From: an uncultured Akkermansia sp.
Lineage (GTDB): Bacteria > Verrucomicrobiota > Kiritimatiellia > RFP12 > JAAYNR01
DNA length: 64,000 nt
Assembly (NCBI GenBank): GCA_964506575.1
Contig: CAZDLY010000004.1
Coordinates: forward strand, 19,876-83,875
Direction of reading: 5' to 3'
Made by a program: the position numbers and the translations under genes. Below the pieces are notes generated by a model that had not been told where the DNA came from, searched no databases, and was given only the letters and a program-made list of their open reading frames with translations. Positions 9,446 to 18,830 of the stretch are shown piece by piece (positions within the stretch are counted from its first letter, which is position 1; each line of letters begins with the position of its first letter).

Positions 9446-10348
9446 ATGACACACAAACAGGCGATTCCGACGATTACGGTCAACGGGCAGGTCATCCCGT
9501 CCGAGGCGATTGAATACGAGTTCGGCCGACTGGTCCGGTTTTATGCGCAGCACATGCCCGAGGAGCAGGTCCGGGCGCAGGCGCCCGCGCTCCGGCAGCG
9601 GGCGGTCGACCAGGCGATTGGCGCCAAGCTTCTCTTTGACCAGGCGGCGAAGCTCGACCTGGTGGTGACCGACGCCGAGGCCGACGAGAAATTTCAGGAG
9701 GTCTCCGAGCAGGTGGGCGGCGCCGCGAAGCTGGCGGAGGCGCTCGCCAAACAGGGGCTTTCTGAGGCCGACTTCCGCGCGCAGCTCAAGCACGGGCAGC
9801 GCGTGGAGAAGTTGATCGCGAAAGTCACGGAGGGCGTGCCCGATCCGCGGGAGGCCGACATCAGCGCCCATTTCAGCGCGCACAAGGACGAGTACAGGCG
9901 CGAGATGCGCGTCCGGGCGCAGCACATTCTCGTGAAGCCGACGAACGGCAGTCCGCAGGCGAAGTTCGACGCCATCGCCAAGCTGAACGGGATCCGGGCG
10001 CGGGTCGCGGGCGGGGGCGATTTCGGCGGAGAGGCCGGGGCGCACTCCGACTGCCCGAGCGGCAAGGCGGACGGCGGCAGCCTCGGCTGGTTCAGCCGCG
10101 GCATGATGGTGCCGGAGTTCGACACGGCCGTGTTCGGCCTGAAGGTCGGCGAATTGAGCGACGTGATCGAAACGCCGTTCGGCTTCCACCTCATCTACAA
10201 GAACGACGAGGAGCCGGCCGCCGAGGCCTCCTTTGACGACGTGCGCGAGTCGATCCGCGACTTCCTGCGCCACACCGCCCGCGGCGAGGTGGTCGCGGCC
10301 TATGTCGCCGACTTGCGCGAAAAAGCGACGGTGAAGATCGACGCCTAG
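9446..10348 (+). CDS. PpiC-type peptidyl-prolyl isomerase (SurA/PrsA-like)
   Basis: AQHILV, SDCPS, GGSLGWF, MVPEF, TPFGFHLI parvulin motifs. Confidence 0.88.
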   Translation: MTHKQAIPTITVNGQVIPSEAIEYEFGRLVRFYAQHMPEEQVRAQAPALRQRAVDQAIGAKLLFDQAAKLDLVVTDAEADEKFQEVSEQVGGAAKLAEALAKQGLSEADFRAQLKHGQRVEKLIAKVTEGVPDPREADISAHFSAHKDEYRREMRVRAQHILVKPTNGSPQAKFDAIAKLNGIRARVAGGGDFGGEAGAHSDCPSGKADGGSLGWFSRGMMVPEFDTAVFGLKVGELSDVIETPFGFHLIYKNDEEPAAEASFDDVRESIRDFLRHTARGEVVAAYVADLREKATVKIDA

Positions 10349-10417
10349 CCGTGTCCGGTTCCCCGTGGAGCCGGGACGGCCCAATCGTTCAACGCTTACC
10401 CGCAAACAGCGAGTTCT

Positions 10418-11434
10418 ATGAGTTTCTGCCACACGCTCTATTCGGCGATCGGTTCGATCGGGGCGGGCGCGGCCTGCTGCCTGTTCCTGGCGGGATGCGC
10501 CTCCCTCCCGCCGCTGTCGCCGCAGCCGGGAGAATCGCCGCCGGCCAGCCTGGCCGGCTGGGTGCCGCTGGCCGACGTGGCCCGGCGGCTTCAGGCGCTG
10601 GCCTCCGATTGGCGGGTGTCGGCGGAGGGCGCGACCGTGAAAACGCCGCGCCACACGATCCGGCTGGTGGCCGGCAGCCGCTGCATGGAGGTCGACGGCG
10701 CCATGGTCTGGCTCAATGCGCCGCCGGCCTTCCATCCGGTGGGATCGGCCCATCTCTACCTCTCGGCAGCGGACGTCCGGGATCTGGAAGCCCTGCACAC
10801 GCCGCCGAACAAGCGGCTGCCGCAAACCGCCCGGAGGCGGTATCTCACGGTCATGCTCGACCCCGGACACGGCGGCGAGGATCGGGGGGCCGTGAGTTCG
10901 GCGACGCACCAGCAGGAGAAAGACCTGACGTTGGATCTGGCGCGCCGCGTCGCCGCGGGGCTCGCCCGCGCGCCGGTGCATGTGATGTTCACGCGCAACG
11001 ACGATTCGGCCCTGCCGCTGGATCTCCGGGTCACGCTCGCCGCCAACGCCCCCGCCGACTGCCTGGTGAGCATCCACGCGAATGCCGCGGCCAATTTGAA
11101 GGCCGCCGGCGTCGAGACCTACCTCGTCCCCGCCGCCGGTTTTCCATCGACCGGCGGCCGCGCCTCGGAGGCGGTGGTTCCCGGAAACCGGTTTGCCGAC
11201 GCCAACTTCGCCCTGGCCTATGCCGTACACAGTCAACTGGCCAAGCTCGGTCGTCCCGACCGCGGCATCAAGCGGGCCCGCTATCACGTCCTGCGCAACG
11301 CGCCATGCCCCGCGATTCTCGTGGAAGTGGGCTTTCTCTCCAACGCCGACGAGGCGCGGCGGCTCGAGACCGGCGACCATCGCCAGCGTCTCGCCGACGC
11401 GATCGTCGCGGGCATCCGCGCCTATGCGGACTAG
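10418..11434 (+). CDS. N-acetylmuramoyl-L-alanine amidase (Amidase_3), lipoprotein
   Basis: LAGC lipobox; LDPGHGG, EK, VSIHAN, ILVEVGFLSN. Confidence 0.9.
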   Translation: MSFCHTLYSAIGSIGAGAACCLFLAGCASLPPLSPQPGESPPASLAGWVPLADVARRLQALASDWRVSAEGATVKTPRHTIRLVAGSRCMEVDGAMVWLNAPPAFHPVGSAHLYLSAADVRDLEALHTPPNKRLPQTARRRYLTVMLDPGHGGEDRGAVSSATHQQEKDLTLDLARRVAAGLARAPVHVMFTRNDDSALPLDLRVTLAANAPADCLVSIHANAAANLKAAGVETYLVPAAGFPSTGGRASEAVVPGNRFADANFALAYAVHSQLAKLGRPDRGIKRARYHVLRNAPCPAILVEVGFLSNADEARRLETGDHRQRLADAIVAGIRAYAD

Positions 11435-12453
11435 CAGGCCGTCAGCAGGTCGTGCAGGTAGAGCAGCGTCATCAGACGGCAATCCAGCGTATGGCCGGCG
11501 CGGTAGGAGACGACCGTTCCGGCCAGCCGGCCGCAGTCGATCAGCGCCAGCGCCGCGAGCAGGTCGAGCGTGGCCCGATGCCACACCGGCTCGAGCGAAC
11601 GGCCGTCGGGCTGGAGCAGGTGCGGCTCGTTCCAATACCGTTTCCTGCCGTGGATCAGAATGTTCCGGTTCGTGTAGCCCAGATTCCGGGTGTCGGCGAA
11701 CAGCAGGCCGACGGTATGGGCCAGGACCCGCTGCGATTGTGACGCATTGGTGCGCGCGAACGCGCCGGTGCGGAAGGTTTCGGGGGTCAGGTCATAGACC
11801 AGGCGCTGCCGGCCGATCACCGAGGCAAAATCGATCGCGCAGTCCAGGCGCAGCCGGTGAACCCCGGGTTCGGCGGGCAGTATGGTGATGAAATCCCCCC
11901 GGTCACCGCCGATGGTGACCGGCTCCTTCACCGTCACGTAGCGCGCCGGCTCGTCCCGTTCGACGATCCCCGCCCGTTCGACCGCCTCCACCAGATCCAG
12001 GCTGCTGCGGTCAAATAGCGGCGGATCGCCCGATCCGGTCTCCACAACCAGGTCGTCGATCCCCAGCCCCAGCCGGAGCGCGACGATGTGTTCGACCATG
12101 CGCAGGTAGTTGTGCGGCGAGCCGCTGCGCAGGACGATGTTCCGCTGGCTCGTCCAGATGTTGCGGGGCGAGACGCCGACGTCCAGTTGCTCCGCCAGAT
12201 CGGTGCGCCGGATCCACCAGCCCGGCTGCCGCCCCGGGGCGAAGGTCAGCGTCCGCATCGCCCGCCGCGTAAACGTGCCGGGACCGGAGACGGACTCGCG
12301 CCGGCCGAGGGTCGTCCGCCGCGGCGAGTAGCCCGTTTCACCCGCGCACAAGGCGGTGTGGTCAACCGCCTGGGCGTGGAACCGCTCAACGGCCGCCTGC
12401 ACCCGCTGGGGATCGCCGGCTAAGATCCGCCCGATGGGATAGGAAAAAGACAT
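11431..12453 (-). CDS. lpxC: Divergent LpxC-like UDP-3-O-acyl-GlcNAc deacetylase
   Basis: MVEH, LGIDDL, PPLFDRS, ARTN, EP.WH..LD, AGH align with LpxC motifs in order. Confidence 0.7.
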   Translation of the reverse strand: MSFSYPIGRILAGDPQRVQAAVERFHAQAVDHTALCAGETGYSPRRTTLGRRESVSGPGTFTRRAMRTLTFAPGRQPGWWIRRTDLAEQLDVGVSPRNIWTSQRNIVLRSGSPHNYLRMVEHIVALRLGLGIDDLVVETGSGDPPLFDRSSLDLVEAVERAGIVERDEPARYVTVKEPVTIGGDRGDFITILPAEPGVHRLRLDCAIDFASVIGRQRLVYDLTPETFRTGAFARTNASQSQRVLAHTVGLLFADTRNLGYTNRNILIHGRKRYWNEPHLLQPDGRSLEPVWHRATLDLLAALALIDCGRLAGTVVSYRAGHTLDCRLMTLLYLHDLLTAC

Positions 12454-12566
12454 GGGGATTCACCCTCTGCTGCTTGCGTAACGTGAAGTGGGCCCCATCA
12501 TAGCCAAAAAGCGCCTGTTGTGAAAAGGCATAATTGGATCCCGAGTGGGATAACGTGAAAAACCAG

Positions 12567-12596
12567 TTGACACCGCCCGCACGAATGCGTTACAGT
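12567..12596 (+). promoter_or_regulatory. sigma70-type promoter of tRNA-Asn
   Basis: TTGACA-18nt-TACAGT about 50 nt upstream of tRNA. Confidence 0.55.
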
Positions 12597-12644
12597 TCGC
12601 CGCGTCTTGCCCCTCATGAGAGGGATGCATTGCTTGCGTTCTAT

Positions 12645-12719
12645 TCCGGTGTAGCGCAGTGGTAGCGCAGGTGGCTGTTAACCACTTGGTCGTAGGTTCA
12701 AATCCTACCACCGGAGCCA
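12645..12719 (+). tRNA. tRNA-Asn (GTT)
   Basis: Acceptor TCCGGTG/CACCGGA, anticodon loop CTGTTAA, T-arm GGTTCAAATCC, encoded CCA. Confidence 0.97.
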
Positions 12720-12729
12720 TTTTTCCGAT

Positions 12730-12766
12730 AACTCGAACCCGTGCCGACACGGGTTCGAGTTTTTTT
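12730..12766 (+). terminator. Intrinsic terminator after tRNA-Asn
   Basis: AACTCGAACCCGTG-ccga-CACGGGTTCGAGTT hairpin followed by T-run. Confidence 0.85.
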
Positions 12767-12794
12767 CAGGCCTGGATGTCTCTTCGGTCAAAAG

Positions 12795-12855
12795 AAAAAG
12801 GCCTCCCATCGCGGGAGGCCTTCGGGTGTCTGCAGACCCGTATTTCTGGGTCTCG
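12795..12855. repeat. 61-bp direct repeat copy 1 (contains minus-strand terminator hairpin)
   Basis: 55/61 identical to 13526-13586; GGCCTCCC...GGGAGGCC stem next to A-run. Confidence 0.9.
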
Positions 12856-12988
12856 ACAGGGGGGGGGATAGTGAGAGACCCCGTGTCACGCTGCGGGAAT
12901 CCGCGGTTCCGACAGTTGCCAGCCGGTGTCCGGCCGTCGATCCGCCGTTCTCCACGCCCGTCCCCGTCGTCTGCCCCGTTGCGCGGGA

Positions 12989-13324
12989 TCAACCCCACTT
13001 GCCCTTGTTCATGTGTCCCTGAAGTTCCGTCATGGAGAGTTTCATGATCTCGTAGGCGCACGCCAGCGATTTCTTGAAGACATCCACGCAGCCGGCGTCC
13101 AGGTTGTCCGTAACGCCGTCTTTACACGTGCATTCCATCTCGCGCGCCAGGGTTATCATTTGCGCATGCAGCATGTTGGTGTGGCGCGAGCGCTCGACGA
13201 GATTGGCTGCCGCATCATCCAGCAGCGCGAACTTCTCCTTCGGGGCGCCGCACTTCGGACATTTTTCCGGAGCGCTATCGCCGTCATGTATGAAACCGCA
13301 TCCGGCGCATTTCCATTTCTTCAT
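12989..13324 (-). CDS. Rubredoxin-like domain protein
   Basis: MKKWKCAGCG...CPKCG rubredoxin motif plus C-terminal helical extension; AAGGAG RBS. Confidence 0.85.
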   Translation of the reverse strand: MKKWKCAGCGFIHDGDSAPEKCPKCGAPKEKFALLDDAAANLVERSRHTNMLHAQMITLAREMECTCKDGVTDNLDAGCVDVFKKSLACAYEIMKLSMTELQGHMNKGKWG

Positions 13325-13367
13325 GTGACAGAGACTCCTTTCGTGAACGGTACTTGGAACCGGCCCC

Positions 13368-13396
13368 ATTTTACGGGGACAACAACCATAAGTCAA
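13368..13396 (-). promoter_or_regulatory. sigma70 promoter of rubredoxin-like gene
   Basis: Minus strand TTGACT-17nt-TAAAAT. Confidence 0.7.
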
Positions 13397-13525
13397 TCGG
13401 CGCGGTCGTGTGCGTGTTCACCGGTGCCGTATCCCATTTTCTTCCACTGTTGCTAATAGAAGGAACACGTGGGGGGGAAATGCAAGATGCTTCTGCCATG
13501 TCCACCAGCGCGTCCCGCAGGCACA

Positions 13526-13586
13526 AAAAAGGCCGCCCGTCGCGGGAGGCCATCGGGTGTCTGCCGACCCGTATTACTTGGTCTCG
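13526..13586. repeat. 61-bp direct repeat copy 2 (terminator plus last codons of Cys-rich gene)
   Basis: 55/61 identical to 12795-12855. Confidence 0.9.
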
Positions 13587-13972
13587 GCCTTGGGGGCTTC
13601 GGCCTTGGGGGCTTCGGCCTTGCAGGCGACCGGGCACTTGATCGTCACAACGGCCTTGCCGCAACTGCACTGGGTGGCATCATCGGCCTTGATGGTGCAC
13701 TTGCAGCCGGCTTCGCAGGGGCACAAGGTGACTGTGCCGTCCTTCAAGGCCAGCACATTCATGGCCTTGAGCGCCGTCTCGCACTTGGCGCACTTGCCGG
13801 CCTTGAGATCCACCACGTTGCACTTGGCGCATGCGAACACGCTGTCGCCGGCCTTGCAGCAGGCGTTCGTTCCGGCCGCAGCCTTGTCGCTGACTTTGCA
13901 GCAGGCTTCCCCGGCCCATGCCGTTGCCGACGCCATCGCCAGCACCGCAATCATAATGAGTGATTTCTTCAT
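13574..13972 (-). CDS. Exported cysteine-rich protein (16 Cys), putative metal-binding
   Basis: 132 aa; signal peptide MKKSLIM...AWA; CC, CC, CxxC, CxxC, CxC x3, CxxxC; GGAGG RBS; KAEAP repeats at C-terminus. Confidence 0.8.
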   Translation of the reverse strand: MKKSLIMIAVLAMASATAWAGEACCKVSDKAAAGTNACCKAGDSVFACAKCNVVDLKAGKCAKCETALKAMNVLALKDGTVTLCPCEAGCKCTIKADDATQCSCGKAVVTIKCPVACKAEAPKAEAPKAETK

Positions 13973-14065
13973 CGTCTTTCCTCCCTGTAGCAACCCGGCC
14001 TGCAAACGAACAGTACGCCCACTCGGCATAACCACGAAACATTACGCAACCCAAGTTATTTGAGT

Positions 14066-14135
14066 ATTATACTAGATTTTCTGGGTGGTGTCCATTCACG
14101 ATATTCTGGACAGTGCGACGCGCTTCTGTCATGCT
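14066..14135. promoter_or_regulatory. Back-to-back divergent promoters
   Basis: Minus: TGGACA-17-TATAAT (14094-14066); plus: TGGACA-17-CATGCT (14107-14135). Confidence 0.55.
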
Positions 14136-14219
14136 GTATCCATCGGTATCGTTGTCCGTGAGCGGTTTTCCATTCTGACTATGACTACTGAGGCTCATGC
14201 AAAACCCCCAGGAGGATCA

Positions 14220-17200
14220 ATGAAATTACACCGTCTCGCGTTCGCGTGGATGCTTTTCGCCGTCTCGCGTTTCGCCACCGCCGCCCCGGTCGAGGTTGCC
14301 ACCACCGGCATCCAACCCGTGGCCGGCAGTTCACACGCGATTGTGTCGGGGACGATCGTGCTGCCCGGCGACGGATACTGGACGCTCTCGCCGCTCCAGG
14401 CTTCCAACACACCGGTCGAGGTCTACCTGATGCCTCCGGAAGAAATCATGACGCGCCCGGTGGGTCGTCGCATGCGCCAGGTGGAGGAAACCCGGGCGAT
14501 CAATGCAGGGCGGGGGAACGTCCAAAGCCTTTACTGGGTCTGCCGGGAATTTGCCGAAACCAATCACTATCGCGGTCCGGCATCCATTGAGGCGCTCCTG
14601 GCATCGAACCAGCTGGCGCACATTCAGCGTTCGCCGTGGTCCGGTGTGCATGCCCAGGAGAAAGGTCCGTTTGTCTGCCTGGTTCCGAACGTCACCTTCC
14701 GTTTTGCCGCGGAAGGCACTAATCCGGTCCCTCGCCAGTCGCTCCGCGTGCCGTTCGCTCAGCGCGACGTGCTGGCCTTTGAATTGCGGCCGTTTGTCGA
14801 CGACGGCAAACACTGGGTCGTGTATACCGACGGCAGTTGCGAGCGGATGCCCATCGATGCGGTGCTGGTTGCCAAGCTCGGACAGCCCATCAAGACGGTC
14901 ACCCAGGTCGCCGCGCCGGAACCATCCTCCCCGACCGCCGTCTACACGATGATGATGGTTCGGACGCCCGCGACGCCGGATACCATCACGCTGTCGATCG
15001 AGAACCGCCTGGCCGGAGGCGCGTGCAGCGCGACCTGGAAGAAAACGGCGGCTCCCGTTCAGAAAGGCCTGAAATCCGATCTCCAGAAGATGCGCGTCGG
15101 CCACTGGCGTTATCTGGCCGCCACGACCCAATCCGGCATTCTGGCGGGATGGGCCGGCTTGTCGATGGATGACGAGCCGTTCAGGGGCGGCCGCCGGGGC
15201 GCGGCGTCAGCCACTTCGGTCTTTGGCATGCTCGGCGGGCGGGCCGCCATCGACGAAACCCTGCAACTGCAGGCGCTGCGGTCCGCACCCGACGCAGGCG
15301 GGCCGACCATCGGCATCGGTGCCATTCCGGGCGTTACCGTCAAGTCCCACCCGTATGCCGAGATGCTTGGCGACACGCGCGTCAGTCCTCCCGCCATCCT
15401 GAAAACTGTGCCCGCCGACCGCGTGGCCCTGCATGTCCTGCGTCCGGCATCCCTGCTCGCGTTCCTGGATGGCGGGGCCGATTTCATCAGCGGACTGGGT
15501 TCCGCGGCCACCGGCCGCAGCATCCGCTACGATCTCAAGAAGCGCTATCTGGCGCGCATGGGCCTGAATGAAGCGTGGATGCGCCAGATTCTGAAATCCG
15601 GCGTCGTGACGGAGATCGCGCTGCATGCGCCGGATCTGTTTTTCATTGATGGCACGGACATCACCGTCATTGCGCGCGTGAGCCAGCCCGCGGCGCTGGC
15701 CGGCCTGCTCGCGCGGGTCGGCGTCACGGGGTTGACGGGTGACGCGACGGCGGTTCCCAATGGACAGGGCCGCGAGACCTTCTGGGCCCTCCGCGGGGAT
15801 CTGCTGATCATCAGCACCAGCCGCCGTGAACTGGATCTCACGCTGGCGCTCCACAAGGACCCCGCCGCCAGTCTCGCGGAGTCGGCCGAATATCGCTACA
15901 TGCTTGCCCAGCTCCCGGTGCAGGATCGGACGCGGATGATGATCTACTTTTCCGATCCGTTCATCCGCCGTCTGGTCGGCCCGGCGGTCAAGATCGGCCA
16001 GTTGCGCCGCGCATCGGCCCGCAGCCGCATGGAGCACGTCACGGCTGCGGCGCTGCTGGCGAATCTGGACGGAATCCAGGCCCCAACCCTCGATCAGCTT
16101 CGCGAGGCGGGCGCCCTTCCCGAGGCCGCCGCGCCCGGCGATCTGCAACTGAAGCCCGATGGCCGGGCCGTCTCGGCCGTATACGGATCCCTGGCCGATC
16201 CGACGCCGCTCTCGGAAATCCCCCTGGCGCAGGTCACGAAGGCGGAAGCCGATGATTACGCCCGCTACCTGGAAAACTACAACCGGTTCTGGCGGCAGTT
16301 CTTTGATCCGATCGCGATCCGCATCGACGACACGCCCGACGGCGGCCTGGAGATGACCACCTTCATCCTGCCGCTCATCGACAACTCGCTGTATAACGGC
16401 ATGAAGGAATTTCTCGTCACCCGCCAGGGGCCGCCGCTGAACGTGCCGCGTCCCAAGCCGGACCCGGTGCTCATGCTCTCGCTCAATCTGGGCGAACCGG
16501 CGTGGACCCAGGTCTCCGAAGGGCTGTCCGAACTATTCACGCGCTTCATCCATCTCTCGCCAGCCGCGCTGGATGATCTCGGCCCGGCCCTGCACTTCGC
16601 CCTCTATGATGCGGACCCGGTCATTGCGCTGGGCAGCGGCGACATCTTCGGCGCCTTCGGTGGTGGCGCCGAAATCTTTGATCGCAGCGAGATGTTCATG
16701 ATTCCGATGGCGCTCTCGCTGCTGACCCGGCCGTGCGCCTTCATCATTGAGACCCGCGACAGCGCGCGCACCACCCGGTTTCTGGAAGAGGCCGCGTCCG
16801 CGTCGCTGGCGACCCGCAGGGGCGGCGGCCGGGGCTCGGACGAATTCTCGGCTGAATTCTACCGCGTGGCGGATGAGAACGCCTGGGTCTACTCCTTCAG
16901 CGTGATGGGCCTGATCAAGATCCGCTTCGGCATCCGGGTGGAAGGCAACTATGTCGTGGTTCGGAACATTCCCTGGTCGAGCCGGGATGTGATCGCCGGC
17001 GTCGCGGAGAGTCCGATGCGCACCGCGCGGCTCCTGGCCAATCCATCCGCCTGCCGCGAGCAGATGGCGGGTCTGTACTCCGCCGCCATGGAGCATGAGC
17101 GAAGCGCCGCGATGCAGGGCATTGGGCGGCTGTATCCGCTGATGCTGGCGCGCGGGCTGACCCCGGAGGCGGCGCTCGCGGAGCACCAGCGGCTCTTCGG

Positions 17201-17420
17201 GTTCCGTCCCGCGCACCCCGGCGGCGGCGCCTGGACCGGAACCCCGGCGGCCAGGCTGCGCAGCACCACCTTTGGATCGCCCGACCGTCAGGAGCAGCCG
17301 GCCTTCGGCGATGCCACGGCGCCGTTCGGCCTGTTCAAGTCCATCGACAGTCTGAACGTCTCCATGGAATTCCAGGACGAGGGCCTCCGCACCGTCCTTC
17401 AATGGAAGACCAAGTTATGA
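14220..17420 (+). CDS. Large exported hypothetical protein (1066 aa)
   Basis: GGAGG RBS, signal peptide MKLHRLAF...ATA, long ORF with normal codon pattern; no recognised full-length family. Confidence 0.8.
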   Translation: MKLHRLAFAWMLFAVSRFATAAPVEVATTGIQPVAGSSHAIVSGTIVLPGDGYWTLSPLQASNTPVEVYLMPPEEIMTRPVGRRMRQVEETRAINAGRGNVQSLYWVCREFAETNHYRGPASIEALLASNQLAHIQRSPWSGVHAQEKGPFVCLVPNVTFRFAAEGTNPVPRQSLRVPFAQRDVLAFELRPFVDDGKHWVVYTDGSCERMPIDAVLVAKLGQPIKTVTQVAAPEPSSPTAVYTMMMVRTPATPDTITLSIENRLAGGACSATWKKTAAPVQKGLKSDLQKMRVGHWRYLAATTQSGILAGWAGLSMDDEPFRGGRRGAASATSVFGMLGGRAAIDETLQLQALRSAPDAGGPTIGIGAIPGVTVKSHPYAEMLGDTRVSPPAILKTVPADRVALHVLRPASLLAFLDGGADFISGLGSAATGRSIRYDLKKRYLARMGLNEAWMRQILKSGVVTEIALHAPDLFFIDGTDITVIARVSQPAALAGLLARVGVTGLTGDATAVPNGQGRETFWALRGDLLIISTSRRELDLTLALHKDPAASLAESAEYRYMLAQLPVQDRTRMMIYFSDPFIRRLVGPAVKIGQLRRASARSRMEHVTAAALLANLDGIQAPTLDQLREAGALPEAAAPGDLQLKPDGRAVSAVYGSLADPTPLSEIPLAQVTKAEADDYARYLENYNRFWRQFFDPIAIRIDDTPDGGLEMTTFILPLIDNSLYNGMKEFLVTRQGPPLNVPRPKPDPVLMLSLNLGEPAWTQVSEGLSELFTRFIHLSPAALDDLGPALHFALYDADPVIALGSGDIFGAFGGGAEIFDRSEMFMIPMALSLLTRPCAFIIETRDSARTTRFLEEAASASLATRRGGGRGSDEFSAEFYRVADENAWVYSFSVMGLIKIRFGIRVEGNYVVVRNIPWSSRDVIAGVAESPMRTARLLANPSACREQMAGLYSAAMEHERSAAMQGIGRLYPLMLARGLTPEAALAEHQRLFGFRPAHPGGGAWTGTPAARLRSTTFGSPDRQEQPAFGDATAPFGLFKSIDSLNVSMEFQDEGLRTVLQWKTKL

Positions 17421-17439
17421 ACGGGAGAGGTGCGGAGAA

Positions 17440-18642
17440 ATGAGGCCACCAGACACGTCCAGGCATTTACGTCTGTTGATTTACGGCTTCCCGGTGCTGA
17501 TTGACATGGTCGTGGCGCAGTATCTGTTCGTCAACACGATGCGTCTCGTCAAGATGGGCGCCAGCGCCTCGGCGAGCGGCAGCGTAACGACGATCTGGAG
17601 CGTCACCTACCTGGTCACGTGTCTGGTCACCGGGCGTCTGGTGACGCCGCGCAACGCCGCCGCGCTGATGCTGGCCTCGTGTCTCTCCCTGGCTGCGCTG
17701 GCCGGCCTGGGAACGATCCTCCCCGGGGTGGCCGGCATTTACATCCTCACCGCGCTGGCCGGGGGATCGGCCGGGCTCTTCTTCCCGCCGTTCCAGACCT
17801 TCATGAAGGCCGTGGACCAGGGGGGCGGCAAATCCCTCTCGTACTCCACGGGGCTTTACACCTTTGCCTGGAGCGCGGGATATGCGGCCGGTCCGTTCAT
17901 TTCCGGTTTTCTGATGGAGACCGGGGCGCAGGGATGGAAGCTGGCGTATGCCTGTGGCGCCGCGGGGGCCGTGGCCACGGCGGTCGGCATTCTCCATCTG
18001 AAGCATCTGGTGCACCTGGAGGAATCACCGGTTCACGTCCCCGTCGCGCGTCCGCCGCCCGGAGGGGTGGATTACGCCCGGTTCCCCGATCTGGCCTGGC
18101 TGGCCTGGATCGGCGCCGGCGCGGGCGTCGTCGTCATCTCGGTGATTCGCGCCGTCTTTCCGGCGCACGCGGTCAACACCCTGGCGCTCGGCGACGGCCG
18201 CATCGGGACCCTCTTCTTTCTCCTGAGCCTCACGCAGGCGCTGACCGGATTGATCCTGTGCCGGAGCCGCCTCTGGATGTATCGCGCGCGTCCGGTGAGC
18301 GTGGTCGGCGGACTGGGGATGGCGGGAATCCTGTGTCTGGCGTTTGGCGCGTCCTCCACGCTTCTGGGAATCGGCGTGATTCTGTTCGGCGTTTACTCGG
18401 GATCGTTCTTCTTCTATCTGGTGTTTCACGCGATTGCGCACCCGGTGCGAACCGCGCGCTATGTGGCGGTGAACGAATCGGTGGTCGGAATCGGCGGAAT
18501 TCTGGGACCTCTGATCGGCGGAGGCTTATCCGATCAATTCGGTTTTGCCTTCAGCGCCTGCGCCTGCGCAACGGTCATCGTGGCGGTCACGGCGTTTCAA
18601 GCCGTCATTCATCGCCGGAGACGCACGGACGATCTGGATTAA
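17440..18642 (+). CDS. MFS transporter
   Basis: 400 aa, about 12 hydrophobic segments in 6+6 arrangement, GPLIGGGLSD motif. Confidence 0.85.
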   Translation: MRPPDTSRHLRLLIYGFPVLIDMVVAQYLFVNTMRLVKMGASASASGSVTTIWSVTYLVTCLVTGRLVTPRNAAALMLASCLSLAALAGLGTILPGVAGIYILTALAGGSAGLFFPPFQTFMKAVDQGGGKSLSYSTGLYTFAWSAGYAAGPFISGFLMETGAQGWKLAYACGAAGAVATAVGILHLKHLVHLEESPVHVPVARPPPGGVDYARFPDLAWLAWIGAGAGVVVISVIRAVFPAHAVNTLALGDGRIGTLFFLLSLTQALTGLILCRSRLWMYRARPVSVVGGLGMAGILCLAFGASSTLLGIGVILFGVYSGSFFFYLVFHAIAHPVRTARYVAVNESVVGIGGILGPLIGGGLSDQFGFAFSACACATVIVAVTAFQAVIHRRRRTDDLD

Positions 18643-18699
18643 CGGAAGCGCCGGGCCGATCGTGTGGCGCCCGGTGAAGCAGATATTCCGATGAAGAAA

Positions 18700-18728
18700 T
18701 TGACATCGAAACGGCCGTCCTTCATACT
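18700..18728 (+). promoter_or_regulatory. sigma70 promoter of radical SAM-fprA operon
   Basis: TTGACA-17nt-CATACT. Confidence 0.7.
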
Positions 18729-18830
18729 AGTGCGCGTCGTTCGGGCCTTCCTCATTTGCCGCCGCTGCATCGCCGACGCCGCCGGGCGTCTGTCCCGCGG
18801 CTCCGGCGCACATCCCAAGGAGCGTGCACG

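Noticed and set aside
12479-12560. TAACGTGAA occurring twice in the lpxC-tRNA intergenic region
   Set aside because: Only 9 bp, two copies; could be chance
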